64,000 nucleotides of DNA from positions 408,750-472,749 of the IMG/VR virus record IMGVR_UViG_3300050821_013430, one strand, 5' to 3'. Below are positions 16,250-25,900 of the stretch, one piece after another. Under the pieces are notes generated by a model, which was not told the origin of the DNA, searched no databases, and saw only the letters and a list, made by a program, of their open reading frames with translations. Numbering within the stretch: position 1 is the first letter of the stretch; every line of letters starts with the position of its first letter. A program made the position numbers and the translations under genes.

Positions 16250-17155
16250 ATGCTGAAAACTGGAATCATTACCGCCCCACCCGCTATGGTGAGAGACATC
16301 AGCGACTTCGTGGTAGGAGCTTATGCTACACGGATCCTGGAAAACTTTGAGGAGAAGAGATTCCCACGGAACAAAGAAAGTATGGCGATACGAACCGTGC
16401 TGGAAGCGTTGGCCGAACGAAGCGGCAAGAAAATGATCATCCACCAGATAGACTTCGCCTACTACTTTGCGAAATTGAATTTTGATGATTGGGATGGGCC
16501 GGTGGGACCTGGGGAGAAGATAAAAGAAGTGCTAGGAGAGCACGGAGTAGTAGGAGTAAAGTGCTATGAAGTCTTCTACCCTACAATGGACAAACATCCA
16601 CGACCGGGAGCTAATGCTCAATGGAGCTATAACTTCCAAATCACCACCTATGCAGAATTGCCAATGGCTCAGAATCTGCAAGACTTTCGTCAATTGACCT
16701 TGGATTTGCAAGGGAAACAGAATGAGCTGAAGGTAACGGTGGCCCATGAACTCATTCATATGGTCCAGTATATCATTCAGATAATGCGAGGATTGAAAGA
16801 GATAGGAGGACTACCTGCTGAGAAAGTCAGGCATTCGGCCCCTCCCTTGGTTGATCCGAGCATCCCTTATCACTTACGGGATGAAGAGTTTTACACCAGT
16901 TTGGCGGATACCATTGAAACCTTTATGGAGCATGTTCGGAATGTGCCGGTGGAATACCGGGAAATAGCACTGCGGAGCTTTTTGAACCTACCATTCGCGG
17001 CGAGCAGAGATGCTCGGAAGAATTTGGTTGTTAGCACTTTCTTCGAGAAGATGCATAAGGATGATCCGAAAAGATGGGCGGAGTATGCCAAGAAGTTTGT
17101 GAAGCATTTGAGTCAGCATCCGGAAATCATGGGAATGGAAAGCGCTGCGGAATAA
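16250..17155 (+). CDS. HExxH metallopeptidase-like protein
   Basis: TVAHELIHMVQ with downstream EEF. Confidence 0.65.
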   Translation: MLKTGIITAPPAMVRDISDFVVGAYATRILENFEEKRFPRNKESMAIRTVLEALAERSGKKMIIHQIDFAYYFAKLNFDDWDGPVGPGEKIKEVLGEHGVVGVKCYEVFYPTMDKHPRPGANAQWSYNFQITTYAELPMAQNLQDFRQLTLDLQGKQNELKVTVAHELIHMVQYIIQIMRGLKEIGGLPAEKVRHSAPPLVDPSIPYHLRDEEFYTSLADTIETFMEHVRNVPVEYREIALRSFLNLPFAASRDARKNLVVSTFFEKMHKDDPKRWAEYAKKFVKHLSQHPEIMGMESAAE

Positions 17156-17238
17156 AGCATTACGCGCTGCATAAAAAGGCATCTCTTGTTTGAGGTCCTT
17201 AGAAACATCCCTCAAAATCTTCCAAAAAGGCTGCACAT

Positions 17239-17961
17239 ATGAATTTGTTGAAGGCTCTGTTGATTGCTTGTTTGTCGATTTTCAGTTTCGGTTGTGGTAC
17301 CAGTATGCACGTCAGTGGGCAAGTTAGTGTGCCAAACTTGATGAGTAAGACGGTAGTACTAACTACTTATGTGATGAATGAAGATGATGGTACCGCCTCA
17401 GTAAAACCATATTGCAGCGGAGTCTTTATTTCGGAACGGGAGATTTTGACAGCAAGACATTGCGCGGCAGCGATAGCAGAAAAGGATAACGTGGAAGAGT
17501 TGGATAAGCTTCCAATGCACTACACCTTAGCCTCCGAAGCGGTAGGCGTTGGCAAGGAGCCTGCTGCGATGCATTTGGCCTTCGTGGTCAAAGAAGATAA
17601 GGACAAAGATTTGGCACTACTGCTATTGCCGAAACAAGGGATTCCGGCTCATGGAATTGCGCGAATCGCGGACGAGATGCCCGCACTGGGCGAAGCGGTG
17701 GAAGTTATTGGAACGCCCACGGGAAATTATTTTACTTTGAGCCACGGCTATGTTGCGGCAGTCAGAGAAGACTATCATGATCGAAAAGGTACCTTTTTGC
17801 AAGTGAGTGGTAATGGCATCTACTTCGGCAACAGTGGCGGACCTGCTTACAATGAAAAAGGTGAGCTGGTCGGGATTGCAGACTTTTTGAGTATGAGATT
17901 GCCCGGCAGCGTTTTCTTTGTGGCAGTACCGGAACTGAAAGAGTTTATCGAAGAAGTCTAA
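17239..17961 (+). CDS. trypsin-like serine protease, putative lipoprotein
   Basis: LTARHC, DLALL and GNSGGP triad motifs; lipobox SFGC. Confidence 0.9.
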   Translation: MNLLKALLIACLSIFSFGCGTSMHVSGQVSVPNLMSKTVVLTTYVMNEDDGTASVKPYCSGVFISEREILTARHCAAAIAEKDNVEELDKLPMHYTLASEAVGVGKEPAAMHLAFVVKEDKDKDLALLLLPKQGIPAHGIARIADEMPALGEAVEVIGTPTGNYFTLSHGYVAAVREDYHDRKGTFLQVSGNGIYFGNSGGPAYNEKGELVGIADFLSMRLPGSVFFVAVPELKEFIEEV

Positions 17962-17977
17962 CGACTGCTTGTAAGCC

Positions 17978-18589
17978 ATGAAATTTTGGTTGTTGATAGA
18001 CTTGTGCTTAGCCCTTCTTTGTGTGGGGTGCTATCATAACTTCTACCAATACACCCGAGTTGCCCCAACAGAGATAAGTTGGCGGATTATTTCGGTCTAT
18101 GTCGATCGTGGTTTTACGGAACAAGAAAAGATAGAAGTCGTCAATGCTATCATGCAGTGGAATTATGTTCTCAATAACTACATCCAATTACGAATAGAAT
18201 CCTTTGATGCAACCTTCGATGAGGATAGTGTTGCGGGAATACAAGAGAAGCGGGGATACATGTTCCGGAAAATTTCTGAGTCGGAAGCCTGCGCCTTGAA
18301 AGAATGCTCCGATGAAACCTTAGCCTTTGTTAATGGAATAGGAAGCAGAGGCGATACCGTTTATGTCATTGGCGGAAGAGAACGGGAAGAAAAACTAAGA
18401 GGCGTAGTAATGCATGAAATCGGGCACCTGATGGGCGTCAGACATATTGAAGGTACCTTGATGGACGAAAACTACGACCCCATTACCTTTCAATGCGTGG
18501 ATCGAATTACCGAAAGGTGGGCAGCGTATCGACAAGGACTGGACCCCAATAAATTGAACTATTGTATCATTGGAGATGATCCGAACTAA
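17978..18589 (+). CDS. matrixin-like zinc metalloprotease, putative lipoprotein
   Basis: HEIGHLMGVRH plus TLMD Met-turn; lipobox CVGC. Confidence 0.85.
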   Translation: MKFWLLIDLCLALLCVGCYHNFYQYTRVAPTEISWRIISVYVDRGFTEQEKIEVVNAIMQWNYVLNNYIQLRIESFDATFDEDSVAGIQEKRGYMFRKISESEACALKECSDETLAFVNGIGSRGDTVYVIGGREREEKLRGVVMHEIGHLMGVRHIEGTLMDENYDPITFQCVDRITERWAAYRQGLDPNKLNYCIIGDDPN

Positions 18590-19233
18590 GTAGAACTGGA
18601 ATCCGAATCATCGTAATAGGTGTCATAGATTTCTCTGGTTAGACCCATATCTAAAACTACCGGATGTTTTCCATTAGTTCCATAACTGGAAATCCGTGCC
18701 AAATCCCCCGGCAAAACCCTAAATGTCTTGCTGAGTCTTACAAGGTCTTGATAGAGTTCAGTCTTAGCAATTCGCTCAAAATTGTTGGGTTTCTCGTGCT
18801 CGCCATTGGAAAGGTCTCTCAAACCATATCGAAGAGCGTCTCCGAACTGCTTGAAATCAATGCCGGTCATTTGCTCAAAATCCTTCTCATTGATCTTCTC
18901 TAAAAAAGGAGCCACCCGCCAGTAGCCCTGCTTGTCAGCAAAAATGGTAGGATTGATATATTTGGATTTCATTCCAGGATCGGATTCCACCTTATTTTGG
19001 GCTAGGCCTTTTTTGTTCTTGGCCAGTTTTAGCACTTGACCGTCGGGAAGTTTATAGATGATACGGGCTGATCCAGAAGAGAGGTGCTCCGTATGCTTCT
19101 CAGCATATTCAATACGATCCTTGAAATGCTCTAACTGAGACAGTTGAGAAAGAATGGTTTTGGTATCTTCGACACTAACCTTGACCAATTGTTGGTAAAA
19201 AGTGGCTAACCGGGCAAGGGAGTTATAGTTCAT
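18586..19233 (-). CDS. protein-kinase-like fold protein
   Basis: SSGSARIIY, VLKLA...QN..E, GDL...SYG, VLDMGL. Confidence 0.6.
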   Translation of the reverse strand: MNYNSLARLATFYQQLVKVSVEDTKTILSQLSQLEHFKDRIEYAEKHTEHLSSGSARIIYKLPDGQVLKLAKNKKGLAQNKVESDPGMKSKYINPTIFADKQGYWRVAPFLEKINEKDFEQMTGIDFKQFGDALRYGLRDLSNGEHEKPNNFERIAKTELYQDLVRLSKTFRVLPGDLARISSYGTNGKHPVVLDMGLTREIYDTYYDDSDSSST

Positions 19234-19245
19234 GATCTTTTGGAC

Positions 19246-20490
19246 AAGAAAGTTATTCTGCTGCTAGCATTGTTACGACAGAAATTTGATATCCATTTGA
19301 TATATCGAATTATTGCCCTTGATCTAGGCATGATCCATCATTCTCATATATGCAGCGAACAGTTTCCGTCCCAGTCAATGTCCCAACAGGCTTTCTTGAT
19401 TACTTGAAGACCTGCTCGGTCATCTTCAATAGGCATATCGATTGGGCCTTCGAGAACTATACCTACAACAAGATCAAGGCCCACCAAGCCCTCTACTACC
19501 CTATTCGGGCAGAGTTCCCAGAGATACCTTCCTCGGTCTTGCAGGCTATCCGAGATACTGCTGTGGAGGCTGTAAAAGCCATCGACTTCAAGTTCAAGCC
19601 CACCAAGAAGCCCCATTCAGCAGTTAGATACAATGCTCGAACCATATCTCTTCGTGGCAATTTGCTCTCGTTCTCTTGGTCGGGCGATAGGATCAAGCAG
19701 TTAATCAAACTGCCTACTTTCTTCACCAATCGCTATAAGGACTGGAAGTTCCAATCAGCCACCATCGGCTATGACAAGCGGAAAGCCCAAGTCAGAGCCA
19801 ACCTTACTTTTACTTACCCCACTCCTCCTATCGTTCAGACTGACAACTCTGATCGAATAGTTGGGGCAGATCGAGGCTTGCACAACATCATCTCGCTGTC
19901 GGATGGTACTCTGTTCAATGCCTCTCGTGTTCGAGCCCAGAAACGCAAGTTCCTGTATGTAAAACGACAGCTCCAAGCAAAAGGCACTCGATCATCAAAG
20001 CGTCTCCTCAAAAAGAGATCAGGTCGAGAAATGCGGTTCAGCTCGGATGTCAATCATTGTCTATCCAAGAAGTTGGTCAATCTTCCGTATGATGTGTTCG
20101 TCCTCGAAAACCTTGCGGGTATCCGTAAACGAAACAAGGGTCGAAAACTCAACGGCTGGCTGTCTAACTGGACATTCTTTCAGTTAGAGCAGTTCATCGG
20201 GTACAAGACAGAAGCACTTGGCAAGCAAGTAGTCAAGGTGGATGCCCGCTATACCAGTCAGAAATGCTCAGACTGTGGGAATACAGACAAAGCAAGTAGG
20301 AAGGGCTCTCGATACTTATGCGTTGAATGTGGGCATGCGGAGCATGCCGATATCAACGCCGCTAAGAATATCAAGGCCAACTACACTCTCTCCTTGGCTG
20401 CAAAGAACAAGGAGCAGGCTCTCGTCAATGAGCCAAATGCCTCGGTCGCAAGATCAGAGGCAAGTTATTAGTTTTCTGATAACGCTTGAC
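19246..20490 (+). mobile_element. IS200/IS605-family (IS1341-like, tnpB only) element; left end approximate
   Basis: tnpB followed by hairpin GTTATTAG-TTTT-CTGATAAC and TTGAC at 20490; no tnpA in window. Confidence 0.6.
19350..20471 (+). CDS. tnpB: RNA-guided endonuclease TnpB
   Basis: RuvC-I GADRG, RuvC-II VLENL, Zn finger CSDC/CVEC, RuvC-III HADINAAKNI. Confidence 0.95.
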   Translation: MQRTVSVPVNVPTGFLDYLKTCSVIFNRHIDWAFENYTYNKIKAHQALYYPIRAEFPEIPSSVLQAIRDTAVEAVKAIDFKFKPTKKPHSAVRYNARTISLRGNLLSFSWSGDRIKQLIKLPTFFTNRYKDWKFQSATIGYDKRKAQVRANLTFTYPTPPIVQTDNSDRIVGADRGLHNIISLSDGTLFNASRVRAQKRKFLYVKRQLQAKGTRSSKRLLKKRSGREMRFSSDVNHCLSKKLVNLPYDVFVLENLAGIRKRNKGRKLNGWLSNWTFFQLEQFIGYKTEALGKQVVKVDARYTSQKCSDCGNTDKASRKGSRYLCVECGHAEHADINAAKNIKANYTLSLAAKNKEQALVNEPNASVARSEASY

Positions 20491-20517
20491 ACACCAAAAT
20501 GCGGAATAAGGCAGGGG

Positions 20518-21162
20518 TTAGGCGAAGAGAGAGCAAGTATCAAAATCATCCAATTGATTAGGAAGTTGTTCGACATCTAAGAGTCGTTGAAATCGAAGAG
20601 GACAATCCAATGGATCATAACTGAAATTACGACTCCGTATTCCTCTTTGCATTTTACGAGGAGTGATCTCGATAACCGACTCTTTTCGCGATACAAAATT
20701 GATAGCCCTATACTCTTTCTTTTCTTTCACCAGAATGGCATTCTCATAGAAAACTGGTATCTCAGAGTATTGGGCTTTTTTCAGATCGAGATCAAAAGAT
20801 TTGGAACTATAACGATATGCGACGCAACTACCGCAGGTACGATGAAAATTGATGGCATTGATGGCTTGACTTTTCTTACGAAAGGATTGAAACTTCTCTA
20901 AATCAACGCTACTTTGCGACTCGGAGAAATAAGGAGACAAGTAAAAGTCATTCGAGGTCAAATCGTAATGTACTTCTATTTGGAAATCAGTTCGACGAGA
21001 ACTCATCGGATAACCGGTAATAGAAAATGTTCCAATGGCACGCTCGGCCTCAAGAGCCACTAGTTGAGGTGTCCAAGTATTGAGAGTCAATTCTAACACC
21101 AATGTCCCACTACAAAGGGGACAGTTAGTTCGATAATCGAGAAAGTTTTGTAGAGTAGTCAT
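20518..21162 (-). CDS. hypothetical protein
   Basis: 214-aa ORF; CPLC...CGSC. Confidence 0.65.
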   Translation of the reverse strand: MTTLQNFLDYRTNCPLCSGTLVLELTLNTWTPQLVALEAERAIGTFSITGYPMSSRRTDFQIEVHYDLTSNDFYLSPYFSESQSSVDLEKFQSFRKKSQAINAINFHRTCGSCVAYRYSSKSFDLDLKKAQYSEIPVFYENAILVKEKKEYRAINFVSRKESVIEITPRKMQRGIRSRNFSYDPLDCPLRFQRLLDVEQLPNQLDDFDTCSLFA

Positions 21163-21202
21163 CTATCCCAGTCTAAATGCCGGGAGAAGAGATGTCAATG
21201 CC

Positions 21203-21679
21203 TTAGCCTAATTGATCGACTACTTGCTTGATTAGGCCGTGCTCATTCTGCCAATTTTGCACATCTTCGGGAGTATGTTCCTGAGGGGTATGAAGCATTT
21301 TTTCGAGCCAATTCATTCTGCCCTTGAAAGCCGGAGAATTTGCATACCAAACGCCCATCTCATCGAGAGTGGGTTTTTGACCGCTCCTAATTTTATTGGA
21401 GAGGGTTTGGAAGAAGGAAAAAAGTGCCCTGCCTGTAAGATGTTGCTGGGGAACTGGGACCGTGGTAGGGGTGGCAGGCTTTGGCGCAGGAATACTTGGC
21501 GCTGCTTTAGGGGCTTCTGGCACCTGTACATTCGAGGGATCGAACTGTACATACTGGCCAGGGCCGGTCATTTGCTTCAATTCCTGAGAATATCTCTTGA
21601 GATAGCTCTCGGGGGTTCCGAATCGAGCCAATTTCTCGAATAGTTCAATTTTCTTCTTCAGATCGTCAAAGTTTTGCAT
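21203..21679 (-). CDS. hypothetical protein
   Basis: ORF preceded by ATA-N5-ACAT motif. Confidence 0.65.
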   Translation of the reverse strand: MQNFDDLKKKIELFEKLARFGTPESYLKRYSQELKQMTGPGQYVQFDPSNVQVPEAPKAAPSIPAPKPATPTTVPVPQQHLTGRALFSFFQTLSNKIRSGQKPTLDEMGVWYANSPAFKGRMNWLEKMLHTPQEHTPEDVQNWQNEHGLIKQVVDQLG

Positions 21680-21714
21680 AGGGATTCCTCTTAGCTTATC
21701 GTAATGTCAGAATA

Positions 21715-22662
21715 TTAGTCGCCTTCGGTGCCTTGGTCAATGGAATTGTCCTCTGCTTCCAATTCACTTACGGTCAGGTCATCTTCATCAATATCTTCCG
21801 CAAGACCCCCAAACATATCGTCTCCAATTTGATGAACGTCATGATCTTCATCGTCGTCGTCATGATGATGGTGGTGGTGATGATGGTGCTCGGATTCTTC
21901 AGAATTATCAACATCAGTATCAGTATCAGTATCAACTTCATCATCCTCGTCGGGAGTGGCTTCCACTTCTTCTAGAAGATTGGGGCCGTGATGTCGTCGG
22001 TGTTCGTCTCCCTCAAATTCAACCTCGCCCCTAAACTTACCCTCGGCCTCGAAGTCGTCATCATCCCCAAACATATCAGCATCCCCATGATCATGCTCCT
22101 CGAATTCTTCTTCTATGGTATGACATCCATGATGATGCTCCCGAACCTCAAATCTACCGTATTTATCCTTGTCATCAACATCCAAAATGTATTCATCATT
22201 AGGATTATCTCTATCACGAGGAGGATCATCTAGATCTTGATGGTGGTAATGGGCCCGATCCGTTAGCTCATCGCTAATGGTTGGAGGGGGACGATGACGA
22301 TGCTCGAAATGGATCCTATCTCCCGCAATCAATCCCTGGAGATACATCTTGTCGATAGAGGTGGTGAAACGAGTAGGCCCTACTTTATTATGGAGAATAT
22401 AGGCCAAACCGGCTTTCAGGAATAAAACGATATCAGCCAGGTGTCGGTTAGTACAATCTGAAAGGTCCCTCAATACCAAAACTCGAAGATGATTGAGATG
22501 GATATTCAGAGGATAGTTAGGATCGGCAACGACTCGGGCATCAAACTCTGCGGCAGTAATAATCTCGGTAAGATAGAGTTGTCGGGTAAGAACATCTTGG
22601 ATCTGTTGTACAACATCTGTGTTGGTAAAAATGATAGCGGGAGGAAAGCAATGATGGCGCAT
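21715..22662 (-). CDS. protein with long His/Asp/Glu-rich tail (His9 run)
   Basis: SEHHHHHHHHHDDDDEDH. Confidence 0.75.
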   Translation of the reverse strand: MRHHCFPPAIIFTNTDVVQQIQDVLTRQLYLTEIITAAEFDARVVADPNYPLNIHLNHLRVLVLRDLSDCTNRHLADIVLFLKAGLAYILHNKVGPTRFTTSIDKMYLQGLIAGDRIHFEHRHRPPPTISDELTDRAHYHHQDLDDPPRDRDNPNDEYILDVDDKDKYGRFEVREHHHGCHTIEEEFEEHDHGDADMFGDDDDFEAEGKFRGEVEFEGDEHRRHHGPNLLEEVEATPDEDDEVDTDTDTDVDNSEESEHHHHHHHHHDDDDEDHDVHQIGDDMFGGLAEDIDEDDLTVSELEAEDNSIDQGTEGD

Positions 22663-23036
22663 TATTTCCTCGCCGCGAGTCGATAAAACTCTTGGGCCAT
22701 GGCTACCACGTTAGTTCCGGCAGAAGATTGACCCTCAGTAGAATGCTTGATCTTTTCCTGCATAAGAAGGTCATCAACCTCCATTTTGACGACCAACATC
22801 ATTTCGGAAAGATCGCTGTTGCCCTTGACTCCGTAGCTGATAGCCATATCCTTAGCGTGGTCGAGAGATTGTTCTAATTCCTGAGCATTAGCATATTCTG
22901 GGCGTTCTAAAAACATCGAAAGCCGATTAATAACCCTATCGAGACGTGGATCATGAGCGCTGAGCTGGTACAAGGTTTCTATGATCCGTTTCAATACAGG
23001 CAGGATGACCTTAGATTTGAGCAAATTCACCAACAT
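22662..23036 (-). CDS. hypothetical protein
   Basis: Start reassigned to ATG 23036 after the ATAATTTCGTAT motif. Confidence 0.6.
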   Translation of the reverse strand: MLVNLLKSKVILPVLKRIIETLYQLSAHDPRLDRVINRLSMFLERPEYANAQELEQSLDHAKDMAISYGVKGNSDLSEMMLVVKMEVDDLLMQEKIKHSTEGQSSAGTNVVAMAQEFYRLAARK

Positions 23037-23094
23037 AGAAAGATACGAAATTATAGCCCTTGACACGGAAAGTAGAGATGAATAAAATAGGGGC

Positions 23095-23661
23095 ATGGAA
23101 ACACCAACATATAAATTTGCTCTCAGAAAAGATTTAGAAGGGGAGGAAAAGATCGAATTTTTACCTACCCGTGCCGAACCAAAGGCCAGCGGCTGGGATG
23201 TGAGAGCCGCTCAGGAAGATCGAAAACCAGTCATATTGAAACCATTCGAGCATACTAAAATCCAATTAGGATTTCGTGCTTTTTGCCCAGAAAATTATTG
23301 GTATGAATTGAAACCACGCTCCTCTTCTTTCGCTAAAAAGAATTTGCACTGTTTATATGGTACAATTGATGAGACCTATGAAAATGAATTAGTACTAGCG
23401 GTACAATACATTCCTTTCTTCGAGTTGGAATCCGATGTCGATGTTGAGTATGGTTATTACGGCGATAGTCGTACAACTGTTGGAATTAGAGTGGTTGCTC
23501 CCGATTTGGTAATCAATTTCGGCGATGCCATCGGACAAATCGTACCGGTCAAACGACAGGAAATGCAGGCGGAACAAATCACCAATGCAGATTATGATGC
23601 GCTGTGCAAGGAGCGGGGTGGAGTACGTGGGGAAGGCGGATTCGGGAGCACCGGAAAATGA
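23095..23661 (+). CDS. dut: trimeric dUTPase
   Basis: ASGWDV, PRSS, GTIDETY, IGQ, RGEGGFGSTG. Confidence 0.93.
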   Translation: METPTYKFALRKDLEGEEKIEFLPTRAEPKASGWDVRAAQEDRKPVILKPFEHTKIQLGFRAFCPENYWYELKPRSSSFAKKNLHCLYGTIDETYENELVLAVQYIPFFELESDVDVEYGYYGDSRTTVGIRVVAPDLVINFGDAIGQIVPVKRQEMQAEQITNADYDALCKERGGVRGEGGFGSTGK

Positions 23662-24236
23662 TATTCGATAAGACCCAGCTACCCTCTTGCGATGGGCTGA
23701 CAGAAAAACCCAATGTTTGGATACAAACCTATACCGGGAAGAAATTCTATCCCCTTAACCCAAAGATTGAAGATATTTCAATCGAAGATGCTGCCCATTC
23801 ACTTTCGATGTTGTGCAGATTTACCGGGCACTCCCGCGTTTTTTATAGTGTGGCGGATCATTCCATCAGGGTTTCTTATCTGTGTAAACCAGAAAATCAA
23901 TTATACGGACTATTGCATGATTTAAGTGAGTACATTCTCAACGACGTAAGCTCTCCGTTAAAACGATCCGGACACTTCGATGATTACCGAAAGATCGAAA
24001 AGAATTTGCAAACGCTGATTTGTCGAAAGTTTGGACTCGCAGAAGAAGAGCCGCTAGAAGTCAAAGTGGCTGATTTGACTATGTTGGCGACCGAAGCACG
24101 CGATCTACTTCCCGGCGGACCCCACCCGGACTTTCGTTTGGAATATGTGCCCCTGCCAACAGTTATTATTCCCCTGTCGCCAGCAGAGGCGGAACGACAA
24201 TTTTTGGCTCGATATAGAGAATTGACGGGAGTATAG
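23658..24236 (+). CDS. HD-domain phosphohydrolase (YfdR/YfbR-like)
   Basis: CRFTGH...YSVADHS...LLHD; start ATG 23658. Confidence 0.85.
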   Translation: MIFDKTQLPSCDGLTEKPNVWIQTYTGKKFYPLNPKIEDISIEDAAHSLSMLCRFTGHSRVFYSVADHSIRVSYLCKPENQLYGLLHDLSEYILNDVSSPLKRSGHFDDYRKIEKNLQTLICRKFGLAEEEPLEVKVADLTMLATEARDLLPGGPHPDFRLEYVPLPTVIIPLSPAEAERQFLARYRELTGV

Positions 24237-24237
24237 T

Positions 24238-24975
24238 ATGAGTGAATGGAATTGCGAAGAATGCGGACAGGATGTCAGAGAGCCCAGTAAGGGCTGCAAA
24301 AGTTGTAATCCCGGCTGTTTCCCAGAGCCACTAACTTATGAGGAAGAACAACATCTTCGTTATGTTCTAGTCCACGAAAATGACCCCCGTAAGGTGGCTC
24401 AGATAAATCGTGAGGATTTTACCGATCCCAAAGCAACGATAGAAGAAGCTATGCGATTACAAAAGGAAGAGGGCTACCATTCAATAGTCATATTTGAGAA
24501 TGGAACACGACACGCCACTATATCTAATGGCGGGCCAGAACGGGTCTATTGGGAAGAGGAGGGGCCGCGACTATTGGCCACTTTGGATCAGGCACAATCA
24601 AAAATCGTAGAATTACTCGATGGGCATTTGAATATACTACATCGTCGGATAGATGAACTTCGTGCAGATAGCCTGCGCGGCGATAATGAAACTATTGCTG
24701 CCCAGAACGAAGAGATTACATTGATGCGTCATCAGATCAAAAAATTAGAGGGAAAAACTATGACAGAGAAGAAGTTTGTTTATGTGGTGAGTGCAAAATC
24801 AGAAGGATGTGATGATTATGGTCCTTGGGTCTTTGCTAAAAAACCTTCGATGAAACAGTTAGAGAAGTTTCTGCGAGAAAAGTGCGAGGAGGATTTTACC
24901 GAGGAAAATGATGGGCCCGGTGAATGGGGTAGTTATTTGTATATTACTGGGCCAAACGAAGCAGAAGTGCTATGA
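24238..24975 (+). CDS. hypothetical protein
   Basis: 245-aa ORF in operon. Confidence 0.6.
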   Translation: MSEWNCEECGQDVREPSKGCKSCNPGCFPEPLTYEEEQHLRYVLVHENDPRKVAQINREDFTDPKATIEEAMRLQKEEGYHSIVIFENGTRHATISNGGPERVYWEEEGPRLLATLDQAQSKIVELLDGHLNILHRRIDELRADSLRGDNETIAAQNEEITLMRHQIKKLEGKTMTEKKFVYVVSAKSEGCDDYGPWVFAKKPSMKQLEKFLREKCEEDFTEENDGPGEWGSYLYITGPNEAEVL

Positions 24976-24993
24976 GTAAGGTAGTATAGTAGT

Positions 24994-25422
24994 ATGCAGA
25001 TCAACGAAGCGGGCAAAACTTATACCATTAGCGTCAAAGAGAACGGCGACAAGTTTTGGTATTACAAGGGGAAATTGCATCGAGAACAAGGCCCCAGCAT
25101 AGAACTAGCCAACGGGTCAAATGCTTACTATTGGGAAGGAGAGAAAATCAAATGCTCTTCCCAACAAGAGTTTGACAAGGCCATTGCTATCAAAAAACAA
25201 GCGGCCACAAAGAAATATTGGGATGTGCGTGTTGAGTGTACCCTCCCAGCCACGCTTAGTTATCGCATCTTCGCTGCTTCACCAGAAGAAGCGATAGCAC
25301 TCATCAACAGTTCTCAACCCACTCAGGTCAAATACAAACTGATTGGCAAGAAAAGCCTCAAGGCAACCGTTTATGACGCGGGCTGTTCGGTCATCAAACT
25401 CGTTAAAAACCTACTCAAATAA
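24994..25422 (+). CDS. protein with LHRExGP (MORN-like) repeat unit
   Basis: NGDKFWYYKGKLHREQGPSIE. Confidence 0.65.
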   Translation: MQINEAGKTYTISVKENGDKFWYYKGKLHREQGPSIELANGSNAYYWEGEKIKCSSQQEFDKAIAIKKQAATKKYWDVRVECTLPATLSYRIFAASPEEAIALINSSQPTQVKYKLIGKKSLKATVYDAGCSVIKLVKNLLK

Positions 25423-25423
25423 T

Positions 25424-25900
25424 ATGGAAGCCCTGAACAATAACTTCATTGTCAAAGATACTGCCAGAGGCAAGGGAGTTTTTGCTAAGGTCGATCTCAC
25501 TGCAAATCAGACTGTAATGGAATTTACGGGGCCGCTGCTAAACGCTACGCAAGTAAATAAAATGCCTACCGCCAATTACTTACAGATTGGGCCAAATACC
25601 TTTATAGGAATGTCGGGCAAAAATGATGATATGGTGAGTCATTCTTGTTCTCCAAATTGTGCTGTTGTGATTGGTGCTGAAAGGGCCTTCCTCAAAACCT
25701 TGTATGTTATCAAAGTAGATACTGAGATTACTTTCGACTATTCAATTACATCTACTGGCATTCCTGCTTGGTCGATGGTCTGCCGGTGTGGTACCTACGG
25801 ATGTCGTAAGAAAATCAGCGGATACGATTCCCTTGACAGTAAAACCAAAGAGTATTACAAATCGTTAGGCGTTGTGCCTAAGTATGTGGAGAATGAATAA
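25424..25900 (+). CDS. SET domain protein with post-SET cysteines
   Basis: GKGVFA, SHSCSPN, EITFDY, CRCG..GCR; start ATG 25424. Confidence 0.88.
   Translation: MEALNNNFIVKDTARGKGVFAKVDLTANQTVMEFTGPLLNATQVNKMPTANYLQIGPNTFIGMSGKNDDMVSHSCSPNCAVVIGAERAFLKTLYVIKVDTEITFDYSITSTGIPAWSMVCRCGTYGCRKKISGYDSLDSKTKEYYKSLGVVPKYVENE

Noticed and set aside
20491-20510. TnpB guide targeting the control region (ATGCGGAAT also at 14754-14762)
   Set aside because: Only 9 nt, outside the guide's 5' seed; no full match seen in the window.
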